DNA of 64,000 bases from Rebecca billardiae RCC1528 (GCA_965240325.2 OZ251228.1:744001-808000), one strand, 5' to 3'. Counted from the first letter of the stretch, positions 23,079-35,148 are shown. Program-made: numbers and translations. Notes: generated by a model from the sequence alone, not told the origin.

Positions 23079-26000
23079 ATGTCCGGGCTGGAACCGGCCG
23101 GCGGCGGCCCGGATTTGTGTAACGACAAACGCCCGGTCGCCGTCGCCCCGCTCGGGGTTGCATTGGAGTCCAGCATGAGCACCACGACGCTCCGGCCCAT
23201 CACGGCGCCGGGGGGCTCCGGCCGCGGCCCCGCTCGCGCGGACGGCGGAGGCAAGGGCCCTCCGAGCGGGCGGCTGCGCACCCCGGTGCAATTCGCAGCG
23301 CTCGACTCGCTGCCACCGGCCGGCCCGGCCTCTGGCGAGTCCTCGCGCCACTCGCGCGCGGCCAACGCGAGCCGTGCGAGCGCGCACCTGGCGATGCCGA
23401 CGCTGCCCGACGCGCGCGCGCGCGACGCCGCGCGCGCGACGCCGATGAGGCCGATGACGGCCGACCCCACCGTACTGCCCGACACCGGCGACTCGGCGCT
23501 CCACCGCAACCGCTTTGACGACGAGCTCAAGATGGTGGCGACCGCAGTCGCGCGGTATGTCACACTTGGCACGCCGCCGAGCAGCGCGGCGCTGGAGGAG
23601 GCGGGGCTGGACGCGCGGTCTCTCGGCGGCCGGAACAAGCCACCCGCGCCCGCCATCGCCGCTGACTCGCTCCTCGCCTTCGCCCGCGAGCACGGCGGTG
23701 CCGCGGAGTTGGAGGCACTGGGCGCGCGCGCGAGGCCGCGGCCGGCGACAAGCGGTGGCGCCGTGCCCGCGCCCGCGGGCTCGCCGCAGAAGGCGCGGCA
23801 CGCCGGGCGCGCGGGGAGCCCCGCGCCTGGCGCGCACCGCCGCGCGGCCTCGCCCGACAGCGAGGCCTCCTCCCCGTCCAGGCCGCGCGCGCACTCGCCC
23901 ATCGCGGGCGGCGCGGGCCGCTTGCAGCTGCGCACGCGCTCGGAGCGAGAGCTGACGAGCGCGCGAAGGCCCAAGGATCGGGCGGGGCGGCAGTCGGTGA
24001 CGTCGCGCGTGCTGCACGAGCTGCTCGGCGACTCGAGCGCGGAGCAGATGCTCAGCGCCGCCGCCGACGAGCTCGGCGCCTCCGCCGCCGCCGCCGCGGA
24101 CGACGACGACGACGGCGGCGGCGGCGGCGGCGGCATGATGCGCGCCGTTGTCGAGCAGCGCTCATCAGACGACCGCGTGCTATGGAACCGTGGGCCGTTC
24201 GAGGCCCTCGCGCCGGGCGGCTCGGCGGGGCCGTACCGGCAGAACTACATCCACAACGCCGTCGTGGCGAAGGTCGAGCTCCTGCGCACCTCCTCCGCGC
24301 AGCGCGCCTCTTTCTCCGAGCACGTCTCCTCGATCGTCGAGGAGCGCGAGCGCAAGAGGGTCGCGATGAGAATCGTCGACCCGGAGACGGCGCGGCAGAT
24401 TAGCGACGAGCGCCGGTGCGCGCGCGGGGTGCTGCGCAGCGCGCGCGCGGGGGGAGGCGGGGGGGGGGGGGTCCTCGAGCGGGAACGGGGGCGCACCGCC
24501 GCTGCGCGCGCGCGCGCGGGCTCGCGCGCGCATGTGCGCGCGCTGTGTGTGCCTTCCGCCGCACCGTCTGGCGCTCGCGATGGCCGCGGCCGCGTGGCCG
24601 CGCCGTCGGCGCGCCGAGCGCCCGCTCACACGCGCGCGCGCCCGCCCCGCGCCCGCGTGCCGCGCGCGCGCGCCGCCGGCGCAGCCGGCGCATGTTCGAG
24701 AAGCGCGGCGGGCACGCCGCGGCGGTCGCCGCGGCAAAGAACGAAACCTTGGAGGCGAAGCTGCAAAAGATGCGCAACTCGCGCGACGCGGCGAGGAACA
24801 GCCGGCTGATGGCGATGGTGGTCGCAGGCCTCGCCAGCTGCGTCGCGCTCGGCGCGCGCACGGAGGTGGCGCGCGCGCGGATGGTGGCCACGCGCCGCGC
24901 GCGGCAGCAGGGCGCCGCGGCGGCGCTGCTGACACGCGCCGGGAAGCGGCTGCTCGCCGTGGCCGGCTGGCGCCGCTTCTGCCGCGCCACTCACGGGCTG
25001 CGCACGCACCTGCGCTGGTGGTTTGCGCTGAACCTGCGCATTCTGCGCAAGCGGCGCGCGGTCAAGGTGTTGCTCCAGCTGATCACGCGGGTGAGCCACT
25101 CCGTGCAGCTGCGGCTGCAGTACCGGCGGTGGATGCGCCGCGTGGTCTCGCTGCAGAACGTGGTGAAGCGCCGGATCACGCGGCGCAAGGCGGTGCGCGA
25201 GGTTCTCTATAACCAACTTACCCACCTCGAGCGGCTGCTGCTGCAGGCGGGCACGGCGGGCGCGCCGGTCGGCGGTCGGCTAGGCCTGGCTGGGCGGCGC
25301 GAGTCAAGTGACTCGGGCGCCGGCGGCTCGTCGGGCCGCAGGGTGAGCCGCGCGGGCGGGGTCGCGCCGTCGGCCGCCGCGGGTCTCCCCGCCTACCTGC
25401 AGCGCTCGCGCCTCGACACCTGGGGCTCCACGGCGTTCAACGCGCCGCCCAGGCGCATCGCGGCGCGCCGAACGAGCTCGGCCGCGGCCGCGGCCGCAGA
25501 CCGGGGCGCCGTCGCGGCCGGCACGGCCGACTGGTCGACGACGGCGCGCGCGGCCGCGAGCGCGGCGGCTGAGAGCGTGGCGGGGCGCGTGGGCAGGCCC
25601 GCGCCGCGCCCGTCGATGCGTGGCGCGGGCGCCTCCTCCGCATCCAGCAGCACCGTCGAGCTGCTCGTCGCACGGCTGCAGGCGGCAGGCGGCCTCGCGC
25701 CGGCGTGGGCGAAGGAACGGGTGGTCGCGGAGGAGCAGCGCGCGCGGCTGAGTATGGTGCGGACGCAGCAGGCAGAGCACGAGCTCGACGTGGAGGCGGC
25801 AACGGCGCTGCAGGCGGCGCGCGCGCCCGCCGCCGAGGCGCACGCTCGGCTGCTGCGGCTTAGCGAGCTCTCCTCGCGCACGGCCGCGGCGCGCGACGAC
25901 GTGGCTGAAGCCAGCGGGCGCACTTCGATGTCGCGCGACGCGGTGACGACCGCCATCGCGGCGGCCGCCGCGTCGGCGCTGCACGACTCGGCGCGGCAGG

Positions 26001-27603
26001 AGGGCAGCGATCCCGGTGCAGAGGGCTCCGCGCAGGTGGAGACGAGGACGCTCGAGGAGAGGCTGGGCAATATCGACCACCCGACGGGGGACGGCTCGCC
26101 ACAGCAGAATCGCGCGTCTGGCCGCGCGCTGCCGCGCGGGCGCGCGGCGGGTGAGGCGGCCGCGGCCGCGGCCGCCGGCACGCGCTCGCCGGGCCGGCGC
26201 CGCTCCACACTGACCAGCCCCAGCCGCTCGACCAACCCCAGCCGACGCACATCGACGACGACAGCGGGCGGCGGCGGCGGCGCAAGCCGACGAGTTTCCA
26301 CGACGGCCGGCGGAGGCGCGGCCGGCGCGGGCGCGCACGGCCCGGCCTCGCCGGGCGCCACGCGCAAGCGCAGCGTGGTGACGGCACAGGGCGGGGCTGG
26401 CGGCACCACGCCGGGCTCGCCGAGCCTGCCGCAGCCCATGTCGGGCGCCTCGGAGCGCCTGGATGAGCTGAGCAACTCGCCGCGCGCGCGGCTGCAGACG
26501 GCGTCCGACGGCGGCGGGCTCGGCGACGACGGCACCGCCGCCCGGCGCCGCGCGCAGCTGCGCAAGGAGAAGTCCCTGTCGCCCCTCGAGGTGCTGATCG
26601 GCATCGGCCGGGCCAAGGCGGCGAGTAGGGTGCGCGCGCGGCGCGGCTGGCACGCGGCCCCGCGCGTGGCGAGCGTGCGGCGGCCCGGCGCTGCCACCGC
26701 GCGCGCGCTCACGCGCCGCGCCGCGCGCATTTGCGCGCGCCCGCCCCGACTGGGCCGCGCGCGCAGGTGGCCGCCTCGGTCCGGGGCTGGGCGACGCGCG
26801 CGCTCTACCGGCGCGCGCGCACGCTCCACGCGGCCAGCCAGTACGCGCAGTGGGAGCTGCTCAAGGCGCTGCCGGCGAGCCGCATCTCGCGGCTCCTCGC
26901 GCGCACGCGCGAGCACGCGGCCGCGGCCGCGACGGTCGCACACGGCCGGCGGCCGAGCGGCGCGGCGCGCTCGAGCGGCTCGCAGCCGCAGCTGCCGGGC
27001 GGCGCGGCCGCGGCGCAGCGGACGGAGCGGCAGAGGCGCGTGCGCGCACACGCGGCGCTGGCGCCGTACACCGACCACGCGTCCGTCCTGCGCGCGCGCC
27101 GCGAGGCGCAGCACGGCGGCGTGCTTCCCGCCATCGGCCATAGCTCGGGCGTGGGCGTCGTTCTGCGCCGGGTGTCGAACGTGTCGAGCGCGGGCGACGG
27201 CGGCGGCTCGGAGCGCGCGTTCCAGCAGCGCATCCGCACGCAGCGCGCGCGGTTCCAGGCGACGGACCGGCCCAAGCTGGCGAACGCGATCGTGATCCAG
27301 GCGCGCATCCGCGGGCGGGCCGAGAGCCAGCGCGCCGCGCTGCTCGACGCAGACGTCCACGCCGGCCACCGCCCGGAGCTCTCCCTCCGAGTCACTTTCC
27401 CGCAGGCGCTCCGGATGCTCCACAAGGCGCTGCAGATCTCGGCCGATGGGACGATCCGGCACCGGCCCGACGAGCGCGCGTATGAGGTCGCGGCGCCCGA
27501 CGAGGGGGTAGACGGGGCGGACGCCGTGAGCGCGCGCATGCTGCGCCGCGCCTCGGGCGCTGCCGCGCAGCAGCAGCCTGCCGCTGCGACGACCGAGTAC
27601 TAG
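23079..27603 (+). CDS. Large uncharacterised protein with basic IQ-like helices; predicted introns 24416-24684 and 26630-26766
   Basis: Three overlapping long ORFs join in frame through GT-AG introns of the local consensus; IQ-like 'AIVIQARIRG' and 'VAASVRGWATRALYRR'. Confidence 0.65.
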
Positions 27604-27911
27604 GGGGCCAGGCTCCGCAGTAGCGGCGCAGTACTTAGCAGTTCGCGCAGCAGCGTGCTGCCCGTCAGCAAGGCCGATTGTCCGCTGTCGTCGTCGTGGT
27701 TACTCCGAACACGGCACGGTCCGGTACCGCTGCGCTGAGCGGCAGGCTGAGGCGGTCCGCCTGCATGCAATTTAGCCAATACTCAATGATATAGGCGCCG
27801 GATCGTCACTTTGACACCGCGCAGACACAGAGCGGCGGACTACCGGCCCCTTGGCCAGGGGCACCGCGTCCGCGGCGGTACTCGTTGTCGCGCACTAATT
27901 GTCACGACTTC

Positions 27912-27913
<2 letters not shown>

Positions 27914-27958
<45 letters not shown>
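27914..27958. repeat. (TA)n microsatellite
   Basis: Direct reading. Confidence 0.97.
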
Positions 27959-27960
<2 letters not shown>

Positions 27961-28002
27961 CATATCATCGTAAGCAGCGGCGCGCGCGGGAGTGTTGTTA
28001 TA

Positions 28003-29452
28003 TTATATATATACCATCGCGCTGCGCCTGCCTGCTGCCGTGCTGCTGGTTGACCCGCCTGCAAGGATGGCAGCGATTGCCCTTGCTCCTGCTCGCCAGC
28101 GCGCAGCCTCTCTAGCAAGTGACTCTGCTTCACCGCCTCCTCCTCCGACACGACGGCTGCCACAGTTGGCAGCGATCAGCTCCTCAAGCGACGCGCCACC
28201 CAGACCGTCGCACGTGTACATCCGTTGGTGCCAGTCTTGCGGAAGCCAGCAGGGCACCTTGCCGTTGCCACCACCTCCTTCCAAGCCGCGCCATCGTGAG
28301 CCGAGGATGGCGTCGAAGCGACCGTGGTAGATCGGTAGCGTGCGGTTGAAGTTTGGAATCAAAGTGAACTCGGTGAGCACTGGCGTGTGCGCGGGAGTCT
28401 CATACCAGTCGATCCGCATCAGCACGCCGAGGAGGTCTGCGATCACACGTGAGAGCTCGATCGCTGCTTCCACGTGCTGGAGGCGAGGGAAGGCCACCCG
28501 CATCCCTCGTCCGTCAACATGGACATACGAGAGGTCGCCCAGGACGCTGTAGAACTCGGCAGGGTCACAGTCTCGCGCGCATCCCTCATCGGTGTAGCTG
28601 CAGTGGATGCACTGCCAATGGTAGCCCGCGTCCGCACCACGGTGGGACAGCGTGAAGGAGGCTGCAGGAACGTCCGAGCCGAACGCATAGATCTTCATGT
28701 CCCGAGCGAAAGGCACCCCATCTTGCGCCGATCGAGTGCTGGAGCTCCTCCGCCACGTACGTGAATCGGAGCCTCGCTTTGTCCTCCCCGTGCTCACCCG
28801 TGCGCTGGGCCTCAACTCTCGCCCGCCGTTGTGCCCGCGCCTGGATTTTCCACCAGGGGTACAGTCTGGGGTTGAAGCTCTGCTTGGCGTCGATGGGTGT
28901 GCGCAAATTGACGATGTCGTCGAGCGTCATCGACCTGGTTGTGATCTGCTCCACGCCGTCGCGCATCACGTAGACCTCGTTGGCATCCCAGCCCTCGAGC
29001 CGCTTGATCACATATTCGTGCCGCGGGCAGCCGATGCTTGCGTTGTGGATGTCGAGCAGCTCGCGCAGGTCTTGCGTGCACAGGTAGACTCGCGGCGTCG
29101 GAATGCCGAGCACACGAGCGAAGTGTAGCATCGGCAGCTTGTTGATGCCAATCGCGTCCAGCCAGTATAACCGAAATAGCTCATCCCGCGTCATGCCTTT
29201 TGGATGCACGTATCGTTCCTTACCAGCCTGACGTAAGCGCGTGAAGCGGTCGGTCATGATCTTGAACAGCGATGCGTTCTCCTTGCCAGCTGTGGTGGCC
29301 GCTGTGCACGCCGCGTGTGACCCCGGTACTGGTAGGCTGGGTTCGGAGCCCTTGCCCGAACTACGCGTGACCTGGTGCACGATCGTCACTGCGACCGTCG
29401 TCACTGCTGACACGGCGAGTAGCAGACGGACTGGGCCCGTCGGCATGCCCAT
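28003..29452 (-). pseudogene. TupA-like (sugar-transfer-associated) ATP-grasp protein with N-terminal membrane anchor; single frameshift near 28730
   Basis: INKLPMLHFARVLGIPTPRVY, YVIKRLEGWDANEVYVMRDG, YVAEEL in one frame; then RDMKIYAFGS, MRIDWYE...VLTEFTLIP, FDAILGSRW in the +1 frame; no splice signal seen at the junction. Confidence 0.7.
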
Positions 29453-29527
29453 CCCCCCAGCGTTCGTCAGCGAGCGCGGGTGGAGCCAGCGAGAGTGGGT
29501 GGAGCCATGAATTAACGTGCACACCCA

Positions 29528-29569
29528 GATCACCCGGAGCCCGTTATACAGTAATGGGGAATTTATTAA
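29528..29569 (+). repeat. Dispersed retroposon-like 3' end, 5'-truncated copy 2
   Basis: gatcacccggagcccgttata...ggggaatttatta shared with 37963-38042 and 12731-12811. Confidence 0.65.
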
Positions 29570-29873
29570 GAACCCAGATTGTCTCGAAACCGCATATACT
29601 GTATATGATCATCATGACGTTGTAATCAGCATTCCAATCGAGGCCATAGATGCGGAACCATTGACAGTATTTGTACGACACAAGAAGGCAGGGCGTGTAT
29701 TTATAGTGTCCATGGGGGTACTGGCACCGTCTCAGGAAACACGGCTCGTCCGCTCGTCAGTCGCCTGATTACAATTTACTATGAGATAACGTGCACACTT
29801 GGTTAAGCAGGCGTGATTGACGCCATCCAAGGACCCCGACGAGTAATTCGTCATGAACATCGTACGTCGTGCG

Positions 29874-30492
29874 TATGGAGCGCTCGTTGGAACTTGAGCG
29901 GGGGTGGAACTTGACCCCGCATTTCCCAGCGAAGCGCCCCATCTCGGCGGGGCTGGCACGGTCGGCACACGCTCCTGAGCGCTCGCTTCGCGGTGCGGCA
30001 GGCCTTGGGCAGCCCAGACAGACATGCCGCGACCGAATTACCGGGCCATGCGCGCACCACACCCGCGCTACATGGCCTGCGCGCTGGACGACTGAGAGGC
30101 AACGCCGAAACACTGCATTCCACTGCCCCGCATGCACCCCGAGTCACCTTCAGAGGGCGTCGACGAGCGCAGAGCGGGTGCGTGGGAGTTCGACCAACTC
30201 GTGTACCTTCTTGCAAGCACCAGCGGCGAGGGCGCAAGCCGAACCTTGACCAGCCGTGGAACTTGAGCTGGTCGGCAGCAAAACCACCGAGTTTAACCCG
30301 GATCAAGTTAGTTAGCAGCGTGCGAGGAGGAGGCGCGGTGCGCGTCCGCGGCTGGCGAGAGGCGTCCGGACCGTGCCGTTCGCGGCCGCGCCCGCGCGCT
30401 TCCCGCCGCCGCGGGCCCCGTGTACGCCCGTCGTCGCCCTCGCCATGCGGGCGCAAAACCCCGCTCGTCAAGTTCCAACGAACGCTCCACTA
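29874..30492. mobile_element. Non-autonomous TIR element, family C (~620 bp)
   Basis: ~30-bp imperfect TIRs tggagcgctcgttggaacttgagcgggg / ccccgctcgtcaagttccaacgaacgctcca; internal repeats of ggaacttga; no TSD resolved. Confidence 0.65.
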
Positions 30493-30495
30493 TTA

Positions 30496-30716
30496 CAGTT
30501 TACTAAGAATAAGAGACGCACACAGCTCAGACAGTGGGCGCTGGCGCGCCGCGAGGCGGCCGCAGCCCTCATCCAGGCCTCGCAGGCGGACGGCTGAACG
30601 AATTTTTCCGGCGGCGCTACCATCGGCGACGGCTTCATGGGCGGTGACAGTTTAGGCGGGCGTCAATCTCGCCTGCCTGAGCTGTGTGCGTCTCTTACCG
30701 TATTCTTAGTAAACTG
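30496..30716. mobile_element. Tc1/mariner-type MITE, family B (TA TSD, CAGT termini)
   Basis: TA|CAGTTTACTAAGAATAAGAGACGCACACAGCTCAG ... CTGAGCTGTGTGCGTCTCTTA(ccgta)TTCTTAGTAAACTG|TA. Confidence 0.85.
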
Positions 30717-30795
30717 TATTATATTGAGTAATTGAGTATGGGGGTATATTGGCAAGTTGATGACGATGAAAATCCTTCCCGCCGCGGCCGTGACG

Positions 30796-32283
30796 ATGGC
30801 GCTAAACACGCAGCAGCCGCCGCGCGCGGCGAAGACAGCGCGGGTGCTGCTCATCGACATTGCGCCCGACCTGCTCGCGCGAATTCTCGGCTACCTTCCT
30901 AGTCTATGCGACCTCGCCGCCGCGAACGCCGCCGCTCGCCCCTTCCGCGGCCCGGTCGAGCACGTGCTGCGCGAGCGTGCGCGCGCGCGGGGCCACGAGC
31001 ACGCGCTGCCAGAGGCACTGCCGTCCAGCGCGTCCACGTGGACGGAGGAGCTCTTCGCGCGTGAGCGCGTGCTCAAAAGCGTGCCCGCTCACACGCACGC
31101 TGCCACCGCTGGAGGGTGGGAGAATGACTTCGCGTTCAGCGCATTTGTCGATGCTGACGGCGCCGTTCGCGCATGTGGCGAGCAAGGTGCCGGTTTGCGG
31201 TGGGAATGCCCGGCAGCGCTCGGCCTCGCCGAGGTGCCCGCCGCGCTCGGCGTGCTCGTGCCGACGCGCGTGCCCTCGCTTGCTGCGGTGCGGGTGCGTG
31301 CGGTGTCCGCCGGCCGAGTCCACTTGCTCGCTCTGAGCGATGCTGGTGGCGTGTACGCGTGCGGCGAGAATTCTTGCGGCCAGCTGGGGCTCCGGGACAA
31401 GTCTACCCGGCGCTCTTTCGAACAGGTGCATGCGCTGGTGGGTGAGCTCGCCGTGTGCATTTGCGCGGGCTACATGCACAGCCTCGCGCTCGGCGCCTCG
31501 GGCTGTGTCTTCAGCTGGGGCGCCAACGACTATGGCCAGCTCGGCCATGGTGACGCGGAGCAACGTCGCTCGCCGCAGCGCATCATGACGCTGGGCGACG
31601 TGCGGATGGGAGGGCTCGCCGCCGGCGAGGTCCACACGCTCTTGCTCTCCACCGAGGGCGATGTGTACTCATGCGGCGACGGCACTGATGGGCTGCTCGG
31701 GCACGGTGGCGAGTGGATGCGACGCACGCCGGGGCGCATCGAGGCGCTCGCAGCCGTGCGCGTCGTGCACGTGAGCGCGAGCACTGGTCACAACCTGGTG
31801 GTGGACAGTGCAGGGGATGTACACTCGTTTGGCAACGGCGTCGAGGTCCTTGGTCTCGGGGACGGGGCCTCGCAGCAGCGGCAGCTCGTACCCAAACGCA
31901 TCGAGGTGCTGGCGGACGTGCACATCGTGCGATCCAGCTGCGGACCGCACAGCAGCGCTGTGCTGTCATCCGAAGGCAGCCTGCTTGTGTTCGGCCGGAA
32001 CACAGTGAGCCAGCTGGGCATCAGCACTTCGATGGAGCCCCGCCGGTATGCCATGCTGCCTGCAACCGTGGCCGCTCCCGTGGATGGGAACGCGGTGGAT
32101 TGCTCGCTCGGCTGCATTCACTCGCTGTATGTGACGGCTGACGGCGCAGTGTACTCGTGCGGCGAGCAGTCGGGCGCGCTCGGCCACGGCTCACGCCGCA
32201 TGGCGCGGATGTACGATATGATGCGCCCAACGCCGCAACAGACGCGACCAGCTGTGCTTGAGGGCTTGTCACTGCATGTCTAG
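30796..32283 (+). CDS. F-box-like + RCC1 repeat protein
   Basis: N-terminal LLIDIAPDLLARILGYL; repeated AGxxHxLAL...GxVYxxGxNxxGQLG units. Confidence 0.9.
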   Translation: MALNTQQPPRAAKTARVLLIDIAPDLLARILGYLPSLCDLAAANAAARPFRGPVEHVLRERARARGHEHALPEALPSSASTWTEELFARERVLKSVPAHTHAATAGGWENDFAFSAFVDADGAVRACGEQGAGLRWECPAALGLAEVPAALGVLVPTRVPSLAAVRVRAVSAGRVHLLALSDAGGVYACGENSCGQLGLRDKSTRRSFEQVHALVGELAVCICAGYMHSLALGASGCVFSWGANDYGQLGHGDAEQRRSPQRIMTLGDVRMGGLAAGEVHTLLLSTEGDVYSCGDGTDGLLGHGGEWMRRTPGRIEALAAVRVVHVSASTGHNLVVDSAGDVHSFGNGVEVLGLGDGASQQRQLVPKRIEVLADVHIVRSSCGPHSSAVLSSEGSLLVFGRNTVSQLGISTSMEPRRYAMLPATVAAPVDGNAVDCSLGCIHSLYVTADGAVYSCGEQSGALGHGSRRMARMYDMMRPTPQQTRPAVLEGLSLHV

Positions 32284-32586
32284 GCTTTGCCGAGCCACCG
32301 CCCGGCAGACGAGACACGAGTACGGTCAGGTCTGAGTGCCCAGGTGGCCCGCGCGCGGATCTAATCTGCCGCGCATTGATGCCGCATAATCTGATCCGAT
32401 CCGACGAAGCGTCGGAATAATAATTATAATAACTAACCCACTTACCTCATTATTTAATAAGGCGCTAAGCAGCAGGTGCAGCCTGCAGGACGACGCTTTC
32501 TTAATAAATTCTTTGATGATGACGACGTCGTTAATGGCCCGCGGTGCAGGGCGGAGCGCGTAGCGTGGAGCCCCACCGGGGGCCCT

Positions 32587-34591
32587 CACTACGTTGTCAA
32601 AAAGATCTTTTGATCAAAGAAAAGGGGACGGGGGACGATTTTTAGGGTTGTTGGAGGGTGAGTTTTCGATTTTTTGAGGGGTACGGTACAATGCTGTCCA
32701 TCCCAAGCTTAAAAGGCCGCGCCCGGGTCATTCCGCGTATGTCGTTGGACGGCCGTCACATTGTCAGTAAACGAATCTGCGCCATTGTGTATGCCCGGGG
32801 CCGGACTCCGCCCAGCACCAGCACCGGACAACAGTGATCCGGATTCCGGACTGGGCGGTCCGGCGATCGCTCCCCCGATGAGTCGATGACCAACCAGTGG
32901 ACCTCTCGACCCGCAGTCAAACGCCGGCGACGCGGCGCGGGCGCGCGCGGACGCGCACGCGAACCGGCTCGGCATGCGGAACGCGTTGATGCGCTTGGGG
33001 ACGCACGACATCGGGCCGTTCTGAAACGACACCGGGCGAAACTCTACCGCGTGCACGCGCGGACCGCGCAGGCCGCGTGACGACTTCGACACTGCGCGAC
33101 GCGAAGGAGCAGGTGCTGCCGGCGCCGCAGATGGCGGTGCGGGCGTTCTGCCCGAGCTGCAACAACCCGCTGCTCTCGGGCCAGGTGCATCAGCGCATCC
33201 AGGACCGCCGCTGCCACGTGCTAACCAAGGTGGTGGGCATGAGACACGCGACCGTGTGCGAGCAAGGCGTGCCAAGATGATCGACACGGCGAAGCAGGTG
33301 GTGATCGAGGCGCTGAGCCTGATCATGGTGAGGCGCATCTTCTCGACCTGCCCGACGCGCAGACCACGCAGGCGTCGCTTCCGGGCGCGTGGGACTCGCG
33401 CACCAAGACGGTGTGGCGCGTGGACCCTGTCGCCAAGGCCGGTCAACTCCGCCTGGCCGCTGGAGGTGGTCGCTCGCCGCGCCTGGCCAAGCTGGTGCAC
33501 GTGAGGGGCCAGCTGATGGCGGCGGTGGTGCCACCGATGAAGCTGATCTTCGTGCAGCGCAAGGACGCGTCGGGCCCGTTCTCCCACGTGCTCAAGATCG
33601 TCTTCCGCGTCGCGACGATGAGCGTGGCGGCCCCTCACAACCTGCAGCTGCCGGCGTCGCTGCTCTCAGCTCTGTGCGCGGCGCGCGCGCGCGCGCGTGC
33701 GCGCGCGACGGGCACGTGGCGCGCCGACCAGCCGTACGGCGCTGACTGTTGACGCACCTCGCGCATGCGCTACCCCGGCCGCGCCGCCGCCGCCGCCGCG
33801 CAGGCATGCTCTCGTAGGAGGAGACGGCGGAGCTGCGCGCACACATGGCCGCGCGCGGCTCTCGGTCGGACGGTCGGCGATCACGGGCGCGCTGCCGGCC
33901 CGGCGCGCCGCTGAACGACGAGTAGGCCGCGCTGGAGGAGTACGTCCGCCGCCGCGCTCCGCCTGCGCGAGCAGCGCTCCGCCGCGCCCGACCCGCTGGC
34001 CGAGCAGCTGCGCAGCGACCGCGCCATCGCAGAGCAGCTGCAGCGCGAGGAGATGGCGGCACGCGCGGGCGGCGCGCCCGTGACGCTGCACTCGGCCGAG
34101 ATCGACGAGGACGCGCAGATGGCGCTGGCGCTGCTGCTCGTGTGCGAGGCGTGCGACCAGGACACACGCGCGCTGCGCAACGCTGAGCGCCGGATCCGTT
34201 TTCGGCGCCGTAAGGTACGCAAGGCGCTGGCAGCGGAGCGCACCGGGGCGGCGGCGCATGCGCGCACGCGGCGCGCTCGCGGTCGATGCGCGGCAACTCC
34301 AACCGCCTCGGCAAGCGCAAGCAGCGGGACGAGGGCGGCGCCGCGGCGGCGGGTGCGATGAACAAATCGGACGAGCGCGCCAAGTCCCGACGCATCGCCA
34401 ACGCCGCCAAGCTGTTCGAGGACATGGACGGCGACGAGATCGCGGCCGCGGCGCACGCGGCGGGCAAGCTGGACTGCCAACTTGCGACGCGTCTCGCAGA
34501 CTGCCACTGCCACTGGGCCTGGCCCATTATAAATCTTCATACGACATTGAGCAGCCGAGCAGCCGACGGAGGGTGCACCGCGGGCCCCTAA
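32587..34591 (+). pseudogene. CACTA-like left end followed by a heavily frameshifted gene of unknown family
   Basis: CACTACGTTGTCAAAAAG terminus and AT-rich subterminal block, then coding-like fragments in shifting frames (AFCPSCNNPL, KMIDTAKQVVIEALS, PPMKLIFVQRKD...HVLKIVFRV, LLLVCEACDQD, RRIANAAKLFEDMDG). No matching right end found. Confidence 0.5.
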
Positions 34592-34716
34592 CTGCGTTGG
34601 TTCTACGGAAGGACCGCGGAACGCGGTCATATATTAGGATACTTTATCTGATCGTCACTCTCACATCTGAGGACTGACGACGCCCATTATTATGAGCTTA
34701 TTAGACATATATATAT

Positions 34717-34948
34717 CGCCGCCGCGTGGCACCCCAGCCCCAGGCCGAGGCGGTGGCTCCACCCCGGCCCCGCTCCCGTAGGGGGGCACCGGGGCTGCGG
34801 GGCCGCCGGGTAGCGCACTGTCTGACTTGGACGGAAGGCGCGGACGCATTCTATGTGTCTGCTGCACTCTGAGCCTGACGCCCACTCACGCTTAGTCACT
34901 GAGTTAGTCACGCTTGTTCGTTGCTGCCACGTCGTTAAATATATATAT
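34717..34948 (+). mobile_element. 5'-truncated non-LTR retroelement 3' end inserted in (TA)n, copy 1
   Basis: ~200 bp closely similar to 58000-58170; ends ...gccacgtcgttaaa(ta)n and is preceded by (ta)n. Confidence 0.7.
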
Positions 34949-35103
34949 CGGCCGACGATATGTGCGAAATAAACTGAATTAAATACGAGAGCGACATCTG
35001 ATATATCGTCCGGTCTGCTCAGGCTTATAGTATAATTATAATAAACATTAGTGCGTAGTCGTATACTAGAGTATTCTAGTAGTCAGTAAGTTATTACTGC
35101 GGT

Positions 35104-35148
35104 TACAGTTTACTAAGAATAAGAGACGCACACAGCTCAGGCAGGCGA
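35104..35148. repeat. Solo TIR of MITE family B
   Basis: tacagtttactaagaataagagacgcacacagctcaggcaggcga. Confidence 0.8.

Noticed and set aside
32640-32648. TTTAGGG telomere-like word
   Set aside because: Single occurrence, not an array.
32880-34591. Possible Fanzor/TnpB (CxxC motifs inside a transposon remnant)
   Set aside because: No RuvC motifs (D-G, E-L, D-NAA-N) in the right order and spacing.
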